Source: Paraglomus brasilianum (taxonomy: Eukaryota). From it: 20,000 bases of DNA. Shown piece after piece: positions 1 to 14,635 of the stretch. The stretch covers positions 49,658-69,657 of the forward strand of contig CAJVPI010000044.1 in NCBI GenBank assembly GCA_910592345.1, given 5' to 3'. The stretch's first letter is position 1; each line of letters starts with the position of its first letter. Under the pieces are notes generated by a model. The model saw nothing but the letters and a program-made list of their open reading frames with translations. It did no database searches and was not told the origin of the DNA. Position numbers and translations under genes: made by a program.

Positions 1-476
1 TTTTCAAGTGTCCTGGCGTTCACTTCGCACTATGTGAACCGTGGGTTTTTGACAAGATTTAGAACTACTAGTGTCTGGCAATAATTATTTGCTTTAATCT
101 ATGTCATAAAGCGTTTAGAATAAATAGAGATATAATATTGGCAAAGCAAGAATACGAATTATTTATTCCAAATGGCTAAATATGTATTGGTATCACCCAA
201 ATTTACTGCAATAACAAAAACGCGCTCTTTACTGACGGCAGGATATTAGTGCCCCTTTCGTTTATTTTTAGTAACACCGAATCTCATACTAAGAACAGTT
301 AATTAAGCTCGTACTATCAATCTCCCCGAAATCAATCCAATCTATCGTTTATATTTACTTTATTTCTACGGCGTTAGTTTGCAATTTAAATAGAGATATC
401 ACACTTTAATAAATATGTAATGAATGAAATGATGGAAAACAGAGATGAACGTCCTAAGCACAAAAAAATATATATA

Positions 477-3282
<2,806 letters not shown>

Positions 3283-6200
3283 GATGCAAGTTGTAAATGA
3301 GGGCACGTAGAGTGGGAAGGCGTTAAAAGAACAGCTAGAGAGTAATGACTATGATATGGGCCAGTCGTTTAATGTATTTATGAAGTTTTTTGAACAGTTG
3401 TATTGTATTCGAACCCTAAAGTATATGTGTAAGAGTCTATTAATATTGGATACTATTTTTTTTGTGTTATAGGTGTATTTAAATTGTTAAACTGTTCTGG
3501 TGCAAAGAACGAGATTATTGGTCAAGAGTTTGTTGAATAAACATACACATATTTATATATTTCGATTTGAATCCAATTTAATTTCTTGGGGGTGGATGGT
3601 GGTGGGGGGATAAGAAAAATGGAGTAATATGAATATGAATATTCTGTCAATGTTATATGATGAAGGCTATATACTATGTATGGATTATTGTCAATATCAG
3701 CATAGTTGTTATCGAGTTCATACTAAATGTTTTTTTTTTTGAGAACATATCTCATCTTTGCCGTATTGGATTGTCCAGTGCGCAAATTAGAAAGTAATCG
3801 ATCTAATTCATCAATATATGCAACTAGCCTATTGGGTTTCAGATGCACATTTCCAACGTATTCGACGTTCGATATTCCCTTGTGTGTATTTTCTTGTTTC
3901 CACTGTGTTACCTGAAAAACGATTTTAAGGTTACACGTGGGCCACGCGAAGTGTGTGACCCATGAAACTGAAGTTGATATGCATTGTACCAATCCTCCAA
4001 AGCTACGCAAGTGAATTAGCCAACAGCATACGCAACAACACCCACGGCGTCTTCCAATCCACAAAGTGCCTATAAACCCATTTCAGTATATTCAGCCTTT
4101 CGCACTGTCCCCGTCCTCCGCTTATTCTTTATACCGTCGATCAAATGATATCGATGATCATTGTTTCACAACGGCGCAAGGCACGTTCTGTGTGTCATTC
4201 GTCGCATACTTTTCCGTATGAAGGAAAAACAAAGAAAAGACCAATTCATCAACACTCGGACAGACTCTTTTGGAAAGGAAGCAAACCTTCCTCGTCATAT
4301 TCAGTAAGTGGGCTCTTCTCGACAGAGGCCACTGGTAGTCGAAACACAATTTAAATGATGTTTGTACAATAGTGTTGGCATCAATTTTTAATTAATTCAA
4401 TTGCTGATCCGGCCTGCTTGCGTTATCGTTATCGGGCTTGATCCTTAACCTTATTTGGCCCGTAAGCTAACTAATAAACTCCCTTCCCCCCCCCCCCCAT
4501 TAAATGAAAATTCCATTTATGTACTGTATATTGTCGAGTGCGAGTAAAGGAAAAGAACCGGTTTTTTATGAGAACAAGAAAGAAATGGGTGCAATAAAGT
4601 TTATATACCCGGCCGTTGTGTATTTCGCTGCCCACAAATATTTCAGGGGTCGTAATAGAAAACACTTGTCTTACACACACCAATTTCGTATAGTGAAATG
4701 AGAACCCGGAATAAAATATCGGGTGTTGAGTAGCGTTTCATGTTTTCGTGATTGATAACAAAGCATAGTAGATTAATTATCTATGAACTCCTATCTTTAA
4801 GCAATTAATAAGGGCGGAATTCTCGTTTATTTGGGCGAGGAAGTTATTTGGAATTCGTTTTATTTATCCGTAGTATTTGGCTTCCTTCAGCCTCAGAAGG
4901 TTCATGAAATCCGGGCAATATTTGTACCGACAAAAAATGGCAAAATCAACGATCCGGTTTCTGACTGTATGGGTAACTCGAACCTACAGTCTTTTAAACC
5001 TGTTTCTTCGGCCGCTCTGTTGCTATCATAGATGGTATTACCTTATCATCTTTATATTTGAACCGTTCCTTCGTCACTTCTGTAAGTTTATTTTTAAGTT
5101 TATAATTTGGACGTATCACGGCTTTCTTTCGCCAAGTGGTTTTCGAATCACATTTCGTTAAAAAAAGGAAAATTTTGAGGTCCCAAGTTTGATGCATGCG
5201 TATTATCCGAATATATCACGTAAATTCCTGACTCGAAACACATGTTAATATGTAGGTACAGTATTCTCGTCATTAGAATTATTATCCCGCAGTAGGAAGT
5301 TTAGCTCTACCGAAATATGTAGTCGAACTATATAAAACTAATAACCTCGTTAGCGTAAAATGCATCACTGTCGAATGTAGGAATATAGTCTTTTCTTCAC
5401 CCGTTCAGTCTACAATTTCTATCTAACCACCGGCCATTGCTGGACTTGCAGCGTCGAAAAATAAATTATTTTGCGACCGAAGAATGCGATCACATCCTAA
5501 AAAAAAGGGAGGGAGGAGAGTATACTGTATGCAAGCATTAATTGGAGGCCAAAGGATCTAGTACCAAGGGCGAGAAACAAGGTCTTTCTCCAATATGAAG
5601 GAGAAAAAGGTTGATTTGATCTGTTGAAGAGTGGGAGTGTTTTCATGGCAAAAGGCCTCACTTTGTGTCAGACAATCGGGTGGCATGGAGGGTAGCAGTT
5701 TGAAATGTGCACGGCAAGATAGTTGAGACGCACGTCTGCAGTTTTCTTACAAATGACATCTTACGGGTTACTGTGTTATAATCCAAGTATGCCAATAATT
5801 TATGTAGTTGACGGATGGCAGGTGGATTTTTAAGCCAAATGCTTCTTTAGAAACTCATCTTTATAACGCATCTCGTCAGAAATTGAAACGTATCGCAGAT
5901 TGATTGGCTAACAAGTCAGCAGCATTCTGAAATTGCTGGCTGCTCTTACAGTCAAAATAACCGGGTTGCGACTTCCACTCGCTGTCCGCATCATCTTCCT
6001 GATTCCTCTGACTCTTTTACTGGAACGCTGAGTAAACGTTACGCCAACACAGAAAAAGTTTTTGCAAAGATTCTATTATGTGGGCACACACTGCTATTTT
6101 TTAATCAGGGTTTTTCTTAAAAACTCTCCCTTCTTGCGTAATTCTCACTATTACAGTGTGAAATACTGTTTAATATTAATAGATCTGTTTAACGGATTCG

Positions 6201-6346
6201 GAGTGATATAAATGCTCTAACGAAATACTCACAGAATGGTTAGATCGGATTTGACCGTGTGTTACCTCAATATTAATAATTATGACAAAATTAATGTGAT
6301 TATTCTCATGCAAGTAATTTATTGAGAAAAAAAGTCCCTGTGTATA

Positions 6347-6529
6347 CAGTCAACTCTGTCTATACCGGCCTTTTTAATACCGGTTTCGCCTTATACCGGT
6401 CCAATTTCGCTGCACCAAAAGATAATACATTAATCTCACCCCTTATAACGGCTGAATCATATACCGGTCTCTCGTTATAGCGGCTAAAAATCGCCAAACC
6501 ACTCGCGCCGGTATAGACAGAGTTGACTG
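6347..6529. mobile_element. MITE (183 bp), pogo/Tc1-mariner-type termini
   Basis: Perfect 23-bp TIR CAGTCAACTCTGTCTATACCGGC / GCCGGTATAGACAGAGTTGACTG. TA on the left flank, TG on the right (probable mutated TA TSD). No ORF. Confidence 0.9.
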
Positions 6530-7271
6530 TGTTTAAAATTGTATAATGACTATAAAACTTTGCTAGCTAGAGCACTAAATAGTACGGTTCCGGTTTACAA
6601 AATTGTCAAGTTTTATCAACTGAACCGAAGAGGAAAAAAAATTAGACTCTTGGCTGATTTACTGTCTACAACGAATGTAATCCCGACAACCCAACCCCCC
6701 CCCCCCCCTGCAAGGCTGTTGACTATCCCAGACAAAGGCTATGACAAGTATGGACCAATCTTAACATTGGTCACAATAAATTACGGTTTGTATAACATCA
6801 CAACTTTCTTTTTACGACGGCTATACATCGTTCGCCTGCAGGGGGTAAGCAAGCATTCGGGACTGCTTTCTTCGTCACTTCCCTTTGTAAATTAGTGAGA
6901 TGAGTAAGGTTGCAATAGGTTCAATGATTTAATCCATTTTATTTGTCATACACAGCAGTTGACTTGTCAACGCGATCTGGAAAATTGTTATTCCTTTTAT
7001 TAATTATTATCTTTTTTTCGGTTTATTATTAACAAATTTATAGATCTCTGTAAGGAAATATATCTTTTCTACTCAATGAAATGCTAGCACTATCAAGAAT
7101 AAATATAAGGAGAGAAAAAAAAAATCACCGGAAAACTAGCCTGTTTACTGTTGTACTCACTAGACCAAGCTGCTTTCATACTGGGCGGTTCTTACTGGTG
7201 AACACAAGCATAGTTGGATGTTAATGGTTTTACATGAAAAAATTTTAAGGTTAAAATTTGCCATACTAATA

Positions 7272-8010
7272 TAGTCATACTAATACCTCTTTTGTATCCC
7301 CAACCTTTAATACCCCACCCTCTGTGAAGCGGGACGGATTTCCTCTATTGTATTTGGTATAAATTTACCTCATTTGTATCCCCTTCCTATACCCAATATT
7401 TTGCTGTCCCAAATTCCTATATCATATAGTGATCCATTAATATCATACATCCCCTATTCACTATATTACACAAAACTGACATGTCATTTCGATTTTTACA
7501 TTCTGGACAAAGTTTGTTACATTTCTCCAAGCAAAAAATATCAAACCGTGCTGAAAGGCGATCGGGTCATAAACACAGACAACGTTTAAGCCAAAATCAT
7601 AGTTCTCAACTATATATAAAAGCGTGCATTGCTTAACCTTCCCGATATTAAAAAATAAATCCTTATTGAATTAATCATTAAAATCAATTTTAGTATAGAT
7701 GGTTCCGCAAACATGTTGAAGAAGAAGACAAGTGACGAGGAGGAAACAATTATTTCTGTGCGAATGGAAGACAGGTACTTGATATAGTTAAAAAGTTTTT
7801 AGAACAAAGAGATTTTACAACAGAAAATAATGTTAAATATATACGCAATATAATTCGACGCTTAGATGAGCCCAGCAGCCAAACTTTATTAATCGAATTT
7901 ATTAACCAATAGAATTGCATGTTTTAAACGAATGATTTATGCACGTCATTTGTATCCCACCTCAGATATATCCTCCGTCCCAAAGGGGGGATATAAACGA
8001 GGTATGACCG
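7272..8010 (+). mobile_element. Internally deleted, degenerate pogo/Tigger-like DNA transposon
   Basis: The right end GGGGATATAAACGAGGTATGACCG|TA is matched in inverted orientation by TA|TAGTCATAC[TAATAC]CTCTTTTGTATCCCC on the left (small duplication inside the left TIR). TTTGTATCCC recurs near 7291, 7373 and 7949. The peptide at 7775-7912 (VLDIVKKFLEQRDF...QTLLIEFINQ*), preceded by a frameshifted acidic stretch (VEEED/SDEEETIISV), resembles pogo/Tigger transposase C-termini. Confidence 0.65.
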
Positions 8011-9501
8011 TACTTATGACACTAATAATAATTAACTATAATTAACAGCCATATTGGGTTCGGACAGATTTCTGGATCGTAAAGAAACTAATATTTACTC
8101 GGTTAAATTTGTACTACACTTATATATGTCATTAAATGTGTACTCATCCAAGTATGATACAGCAGTTAATATTAAACAAACAATAAATTGTTTCCTGTAA
8201 GCACCATGTACAGTATTTAAGATAATAACCAGTACGTCTCGATTAACAGTCTTCATGCACAATAACCATTCTCTTGTTTTTCGAACGAATTGTTGAGACA
8301 GTGAAGCGAACAAATAAATTAATAGAAATACTCAAACATCATTAATTATTTTGCAGGGGGTTATGATCTCGAATAAATAAATTCTTTAAAGTGCAAAAGC
8401 TGTTAGAAGTACTTGTTTCAACAAAGTTTATTTAATGTCGCGGCTGATGAAGCTGAAACTAACCAATGGGGTTAGAGAATAGAATCTGATCAACCAATGA
8501 AAGATCATTTATTAAATAATTGCCTAGTAATGCAAACTTTAGGCTGTCAATTATGTTTTCAATTAGTTGTATTTTCGCCATAAAGGTGGGGGAGAAAGAC
8601 AATAAGATTTAAGCACATCATTAATGATTAATAGTACTTGACCCCGCAACCATCCAAATAATTTATACGTGCGCTAGTTTGTCATAAACTTGTTCATGCA
8701 TCTAGCCTTTGCGTTTGGTGTTAACTTTTTTTAAACAAAGAACGATTATGTTGTCAGTTTAACCCAATCTTTTGCACTGCTAACATTTTGTTGTATCCAA
8801 ATTTGATTATCAACAAGGTTATCTCGTTGCTCATAAAATGCCAACAACTTTCCATCCTGCTATTGACATATGTGGTTAAAATGCTAACCGGTGTATGTGT
8901 TTCACAAGATATTTATTGATCAGCAAAAACTTTTAGCAACTTGGGAAGTGAAAAATCTTTTTAATCACGACAACAGACTGTGGCTCAAATGCAAAACTCT
9001 ATCTAGGGGCTGTTTGTTATTTTAACCATGGATTGCGAACCGGTCAAGTGTCAGAGCATGTGCATCCGGTTGAAAGATAATCGGACATGTCCGAATCACG
9101 TTGTTGGCGGTTGGCGGCTAGACTTGTTTTTACTGGGGCATCTGTGTTATTAATATTAATCTTGTCGGCATTATACTTTGTTTTTCCCTGTATTTGACGA
9201 TGAGGACAATACTCGTAATTGTCACATACATTGATAATCGATGGCATTAGTGTTGCATACTTACTGTATTGATTTACTATGCACTTGCTCTAATTCGAAC
9301 TTTTTACACTTGGCATCAAGCAAGCCTTTATAGTTTTTTAATAAAGGGAACAAGAATTCATTATGTATGAGACTTTAAAGTCTCCTCCCAAACACCTTTT
9401 ACTCCTCCTTTTTATTTCAACAAATGTAAATTATAATGAGACATTAATTTATTCTTTTTTACTTGTAGGTCTACCTCCATTTAAATTAATAGGCAAACCG
9501 C

Positions 9502-10420
9502 TCATGCTGTCTTATTATTATCGAGTATCAGGCAAATCAACTCAAATAGTACATACACTGCTCGATAAGCAACCAGACCATTATTCGTATCAATTCTTAT
9601 TTTAATTCCGGCCCCAATAAATATACGCCACCTGGCCATAACTCTTACTTTTTCTCTTATTATTGCAATCAGCACACCTGTCCCCCTCAGTAACAATCAA
9701 TACGCTTGGTCCATTAAACTCCTCACTTGCATTCTCACGCGTCAGTGTGGTAAGCAATATAGAGAACTCTTTCTTATATGGGTGGATCATATGGGACGGT
9801 AGTTGACGAGTGCCGAATGGGAGATAGTATCTGCTTATCAGCGGGACCGTACCAAGACAGGTACATCTTTGAATTTTGGTGTCAGGCCGGTACTCACAAC
9901 GTTGTCGCTTGCAGCCATGCATTCGACACAATCTATATTTTTAATATAAAAAACGGATTCATATTTTGCGAGTGAGTTCCTTAACAACCAATGCAATTCT
10001 AATTTGACATGTACCTTCGCTCATTCCATTACTATCCTTTATTAAAAAGGAGATTCTAACTCACCTCCAAATAAATACGCATGCGGCTCATTGGCACCCA
10101 AGAAAATAGCCTGCCCCGGATTTAGTTTTACATAATTCAATATTAAAACGGCAAACACGCCAATATCACCCGGATATTGAGTGCTTAATCTCACAATCAA
10201 CTCTTTCGTACAGTCATCAGCTCCCGTCTCTCTCTGCTCTCGCTTCACTCTCCGCGACATCTTCTCCACCGACTCTTTCACTCATCATAATTGTAGCGAA
10301 CAATTCCTTGAGTCCTGCATGTGCCTTGGCTGTCGCAGTTTTTAAGACCTCTCGGCGAACTCGCACGTTTGCCGGCACGCCTGCAATTATCGCAAGGCTC
10401 GCTTCTTCGTGCGGGATAAG
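9502..10420 (-). pseudogene. pmi40: Mannose-6-phosphate isomerase (type I PMI) pseudogene fragment, C-terminal half only
   Basis: Reconstructed across frameshifts: LKELFATIMMS...LIVRLSTQYPGDIGVFAVLILNYVKLNPGQAIFLGANEPHAYLFG | intron 10064-9933 (GTGAGT..ATATAG) | [24 protein letters not shown]...YDPPI/EFSIL...NGPSVLIVTEG...FIGAG...LVAYRA. Multiple frameshifts and stops. The N-terminal SIQxHP/HKPE zinc-ligand region is not visible. Confidence 0.88.
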
Positions 10421-10640
10421 GGGAGGTTGAGATGCTTGGAGTGTTCGAGATGTTTGAGGACATGATTGTTCACACACCCGTCCTTTTTATGCCATGCGTC
10501 GGTAAGGCGAATGTTTAACAATCCATTGAGAAATAGAAAAATACGCAAGACAGCGAGTGAAAGGAAAGGCCTTTTTTTACAAATTTTAAGTTTGTTGATT
10601 CCGTGTGGCTGTAACCGAAAGTTCATAAATGATTGGGCAT

Positions 10641-10859
10641 CAAAAAATTTGGGGCTGGCGTGCAAAAGCCCGGTTCCAGCAGTCTGGATATCTTTCACGT
10701 ATGCAGGCTTTTGATTGCCGATAACTGAACAAAGAATTCGTCTTTGTATATTGTTCAAAAAATTTGGGTCCAGAATTTTTTAGAAAGCCTGGATATTTTC
10801 ACGTTAAAGATTTTGATTGTCGATATGTAACTGACCAAAGAATTCGTCTTTTATTGTTC
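10641..10859. repeat. Imperfect tandem duplication, 2 units of about 105-115 bp
   Basis: Shared blocks in the same order in 10641-10755 and 10756-10859: CAAAAAATTTGGG, CTGGATAT(C)TTTCACGT, TTTTGATTG(C/T)CGATA, TAACTGA(A/C)CAAAGAATTCGTCTTT and TATTGTTC. Confidence 0.8.
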
Positions 10860-10892
10860 CCGACTAGTATAACGTTACATTTGATTCAGCCT

Positions 10893-11088
10893 TTCATCAA
10901 ATATACTGTAGAAAGAATATTCGATTTATGAATAGTGAAGCCTTTTTTAGGATAATTTGATACGGGAGCACAAATTTTAAGTTTGTGCCCCCGTTCCAGG
11001 ATTTGACCCGTTTCGGGATTGTCACATTAGAATAACCTCTTGCGCCAATAAACTTCATCAAATATGCTGTAGAAAGAATATTTGATTT
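10893..11088. repeat. 35-bp direct repeat pair (10893-10927 and 11054-11088)
   Basis: TTCATCAAATATACTGTAGAAAGAATATTCGATTT versus TTCATCAAATATGCTGTAGAAAGAATATTTGATTT, 2 mismatches. Confidence 0.8.
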
Positions 11089-12473
11089 CCTGTAATAATG
11101 AACATGTAAATATAAAGGCATTCAACCGTTTTCTAATTGGTTGTAATTAAGTTTATGATTGCTTTCAATATTAGCACAAGACGTGTGGCATATTGTTTCT
11201 ATTTTTTAGCTACAGAGTAATTAATTAATAGATCAACTTAGGTTTTAATAATAAATTAGTAATGCTAGAAACATGGGTATATTTCTTGTAGAAGCTGATT
11301 CATAAAATTGATTGTATTCATATCCTTGTTCGTAAATCTCCAAAGACGAAATGATGGAGAAGGTATTACTGTATACTTTAAATATTATGACTTATCTGTA
11401 ACTGTAAAGTTTGTTAGTCGTATGCGGTTGACTTGTAAGTAGGATAGCACTATGCACATGTTATAATATTAAAGTATGTGGTATTAGAATACCGTACGTC
11501 TGTGAAGAACGGATAGTTCTCCTTGGCCGCGGATATAATATTGCAATATGTAACAGTGAAAGCTAGTTTCACTCATCCCGCAACAGAAAGTTTGCATCGT
11601 AAAAGCCTTTTTGAGCTGTGCGGCTTATCTTCAACTAGTTTAACCGGCGTAAGTGTCGTTCAATGATACGTCACTCAATTCATCCATTCAGGAGCCAGCA
11701 TCGTTGACTTTGCATAAGATGTTGGTGGTGGTTTACTTACAGAGAAACGGCAACGTACGTCATATGTAGTTTCCGATACAATAGCGGTAATATTTGTAAA
11801 ATCACGACATTAGGAAATACACAAGTTTATGTGAAGTTGTTTTGTATGAAAATATAGACGTTGATTTGGGTTGAATATATAATGGTTGAGAAAAAAAGTG
11901 GGTAACATTAGATGGGTTATAACGTTTGTCGGTCGTCTTTGATATCTCAGTCTGCTGTGATGATACCAATTAGAAACCGGCTCGTGACATATTTCCCCAT
12001 TACGATTATTGTTAGGTATTTTGAGACGAGGGGAATAATGTATTACAAGCATAATAAGAGATTGGGATGATTGCACTTTTCATATTAATTAATATAAATA
12101 GCTTTAATTATTGGCGAAATGTATATATATTTGAACAAAATATTTATGGTGGCGTGAGCTACTGTATATTATTATGATGTCCTAATTTTTCAATTATCAT
12201 AAACATGATAGATAAAAATTGATATTATTTCTGCGTGTATTTACATGTATGTTACACTCATCAATGATTTGACTAATAGCATTTTGATTATCACCATCGA
12301 ATACCAGTGTGCAAACCAATTCCTAACATGTTGAGATACGTTTTCTGACAAAGAGGCGTATTGCGATTTCAATAATAAAAAGTTCTCTTATTAGTACGCG
12401 TTTTCTTTTTAAGGCGTCGACTGGCAGTTATTTCTCCACATTCATTGTTTTTAGCTGGGCCACTAAAAATATA

Positions 12474-13731
12474 CAGTATGGGAAGAAAAAACTTGCCCTC
12501 TATATACACGTAACAAAATCTCGCGTAGCTTGCCAAATTTAACAGATGTCGCGTAAACAAAAAATTTATTATAAATATCACCTCCTAGCACACCGTTTAT
12601 CATATTTCGCCTTGAATTGTTTTGCTATTAAATTTCTCCATAAATCATTCTTAAAATGCCTTCACAAAGTAAAAAACCTCATGCCGAAGTCATCTTACAT
12701 TTCTGGAACAAGGGAGTACAATCTCCCAAGAAATTCATAAACTCACAAACATCCCACTCCGAACTGTCAAATATTACATTAAAAAAATAACAGTGTTGTA
12801 CGTAAGAAAGGAAGTGGCCATCCCAAAAAGATTAGTGGGGTTACATCTGTTGCTATTGGTCAATACGTAAGACGGGACCCCACTACATCATCTTGGAAAT
12901 TGGAAGTGAAATTAGCAGAAAAAGGGTTTAGTGTGTCCTGTAGAACCATTTCAAAGCATCTGGGTAGCTTGGGTTATAAAAATAATGTGCCATTACCTAC
13001 TCCTATGCTTACCAAGGCACAAGGAAAAACGGGTAGAATGGGCCTATGCTCATCTCAATGACAACTGGAATACATCCCTTTTTTCTGATGAAATGGCTTT
13101 CCAGTTATTCAGGAATACCATTACACAATGGTATAAAGGCTCACAGCCAATTAAACCCATTCCAAAAAACTGTAAAAAGTTTTGCCTGGGTGGGTTTTGT
13201 ATGCAAGGAAAGACAAGCCTTTTTTGCTTTTGGCAAATAATGACTGGACCATATTATGTCGAAATCCTTTAGCAACACTTACCAGAGATTCAACAGATGC
13301 TGGGACATGTCTGGCGCTTTCAGCAAGACAATGATCCTAAGCACACTAGCCGTGTTGCTTCAGAATTTCTTCGAGAAAACATGCCCAAGGTCATTGACTG
13401 GCCGTCCAATAGTCCAGACCTCAACTCCATAGAAAACCTATGGAGTATTGTTAAAAGAAATGTAGAGAAGCGGCAACCAAAAAATCTTGATGATTTGCGG
13501 CAGTTTATGGTCGAGGAGTGGGATAATATTCCATAAAAAATTTAATAGGATCAATGAGAAGACGTTGTGAAGCAATTATTGAACAAGGTGGTGAACGAAT
13601 TAATTTTTAATTTCTTTTAATAAAATTGGCAAGTCTCACAGATTTAAATAAGCTATTAATGAAATAATTTGCATTGATGGTTGTTGAGTTATTACAAAAT
13701 TACAGAGGGCAAGTTTTTTCTTCCCATACTG
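12474..13731 (+). mobile_element. Tc1-like DNA transposon (DD34E), both ends intact (1258 bp), non-autonomous through decay
   Basis: Perfect 28-bp TIRs CAGTATGGGAAGAAAAAACTTGCCCTCT, with TA target-site duplication on both sides (12472-73 and 13732-33). Encloses a transposase pseudogene. Confidence 0.96.
12656..13610 (+). pseudogene. Tc1 transposase pseudogene (paired-like HTH plus DD34E catalytic domain)
   Basis: MPSQSKK...GSGHPKK...VSCRTISKHL...RVEWA...LFSDE...FQQDNDPKH...WPSNSPDLNSIENLW...SMRRRCEAIIEQGGERINF*. There are 34 residues between the second D and the E. Several frameshifts and in-frame stops (e.g. TAG at 13270-13272). Confidence 0.93.
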
Positions 13732-13823
13732 TATCTTGTTCGGATCTAGAGAGAGCTCGAAATGCTTCACGAAATTTTCTCTTGGAATCTTTTTTGAGCA
13801 ACCACAATTGCAACCTACATATA

Positions 13824-14007
13824 CAGTCGCCCCCTCTATAGTCATATTGTCAGGAACAATGCAACTTTTGTTGGAAGTGTGCTTATAAAGAGGTTGTGAC
13901 TATATAGAGGTTTTTTTCTATAAGTTTAATAGTAACATGGTGTGCTTATAAAGAGGTTTTTTATATGATGTGCTTATAGAGTGAGTGACTGTAGAGGGTG
14001 ACACCTG
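13824..14007. mobile_element. MITE, pogo-type termini (right end either 13991 or 14007)
   Basis: Left end TA|CAGTCGCCCCCTCTATAGTCA. Two imperfect inverted matches on the right are each followed by TA: GTGCTTATAGAGTGAGTGACTG|TA (ends 13991) and TGACTGTAGAGGGTGACACCTG|TA (ends 14007). Internal repeats GTGTGCTTATAAAGAGG x2 and GTGACTATATAGAGG. Confidence 0.72.
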
Positions 14008-14635
14008 TACCTCTAAGAAACGTATTGCCTTTTCATATTCAAATATCGCAATAATTTAACGTGTTTAGAATTTTGAAAACCCAGATCTTTTATAACAATT
14101 TTATTACGCTGCACACAGTACAAACACAATGACATGTTAATAAAGAGCGCGAATTTCTAATACAAGAAAAAGTCACAAAGATATTACAAAACTAGACTAG
14201 TACATGGCAGGTACGATTACGAAGTTACTACAAAGATATTGACTTTTGAATGTTACAACGCGTAAATGTAAAACTAACGTTTCTTTATTTACAATGTAAC
14301 GTATTAGTATTCCTTTATCTGATGCGTAAGACTTTATTTCGATGACGTGACTACAAAGTAACGTTAGTCTTTTCTTTATTCGATCGTAAGACTTTATTCA
14401 CAACAACGATAACAGCGAAAGCTTTTGATGTCTTTATGATAATTATGCTGTGTACATAGAAGAAATGTTATAGTGAGATCTGAGAATTGAATAAACATAA
14501 TTTATTTGTGGAGGAGTGGTACGTGTAGTGGTAGTAGAAAAGGAAAAATATTGTATGATGAAATGTGTCGTAAGAATATTGTGAATTACACATTTATAGT
14601 TTATGTCACACAATTAAATCCACGTCAAACAGATA

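Noticed and set aside
1..84. Open frame FSSVLAFTSHYVNRGFLTRFRTTSVWQ* as the possible end of a convergent gene
   Set aside because: Only 27 codons at the window edge, not distinguishable from chance.
3588..3609. G-rich tract upstream of cbk1 as a possible G-quadruplex
   Set aside because: Only two tracts have three or more G, so at most a weak two-tier structure.
6539..6895. 118-aa ORF with poly-Pro and KYGPILTL (P450-like snippet)
   Set aside because: It has a TTG start, the poly-Pro comes from a C homopolymer, and no other P450 motif is present.
10641..11088. Direct repeats of about 35 bp suggesting a CRISPR-like array
   Set aside because: Only two copies of each, no regular spacer pattern, eukaryotic context and no cas genes.
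14296..14398. Imperfect repeat GTAACGT..TTAGT..CTTTAT..GAT..CGTAAGACTTTATT x2
   Set aside because: Ordinary short degenerate tandem duplication in AT-rich intergenic DNA.
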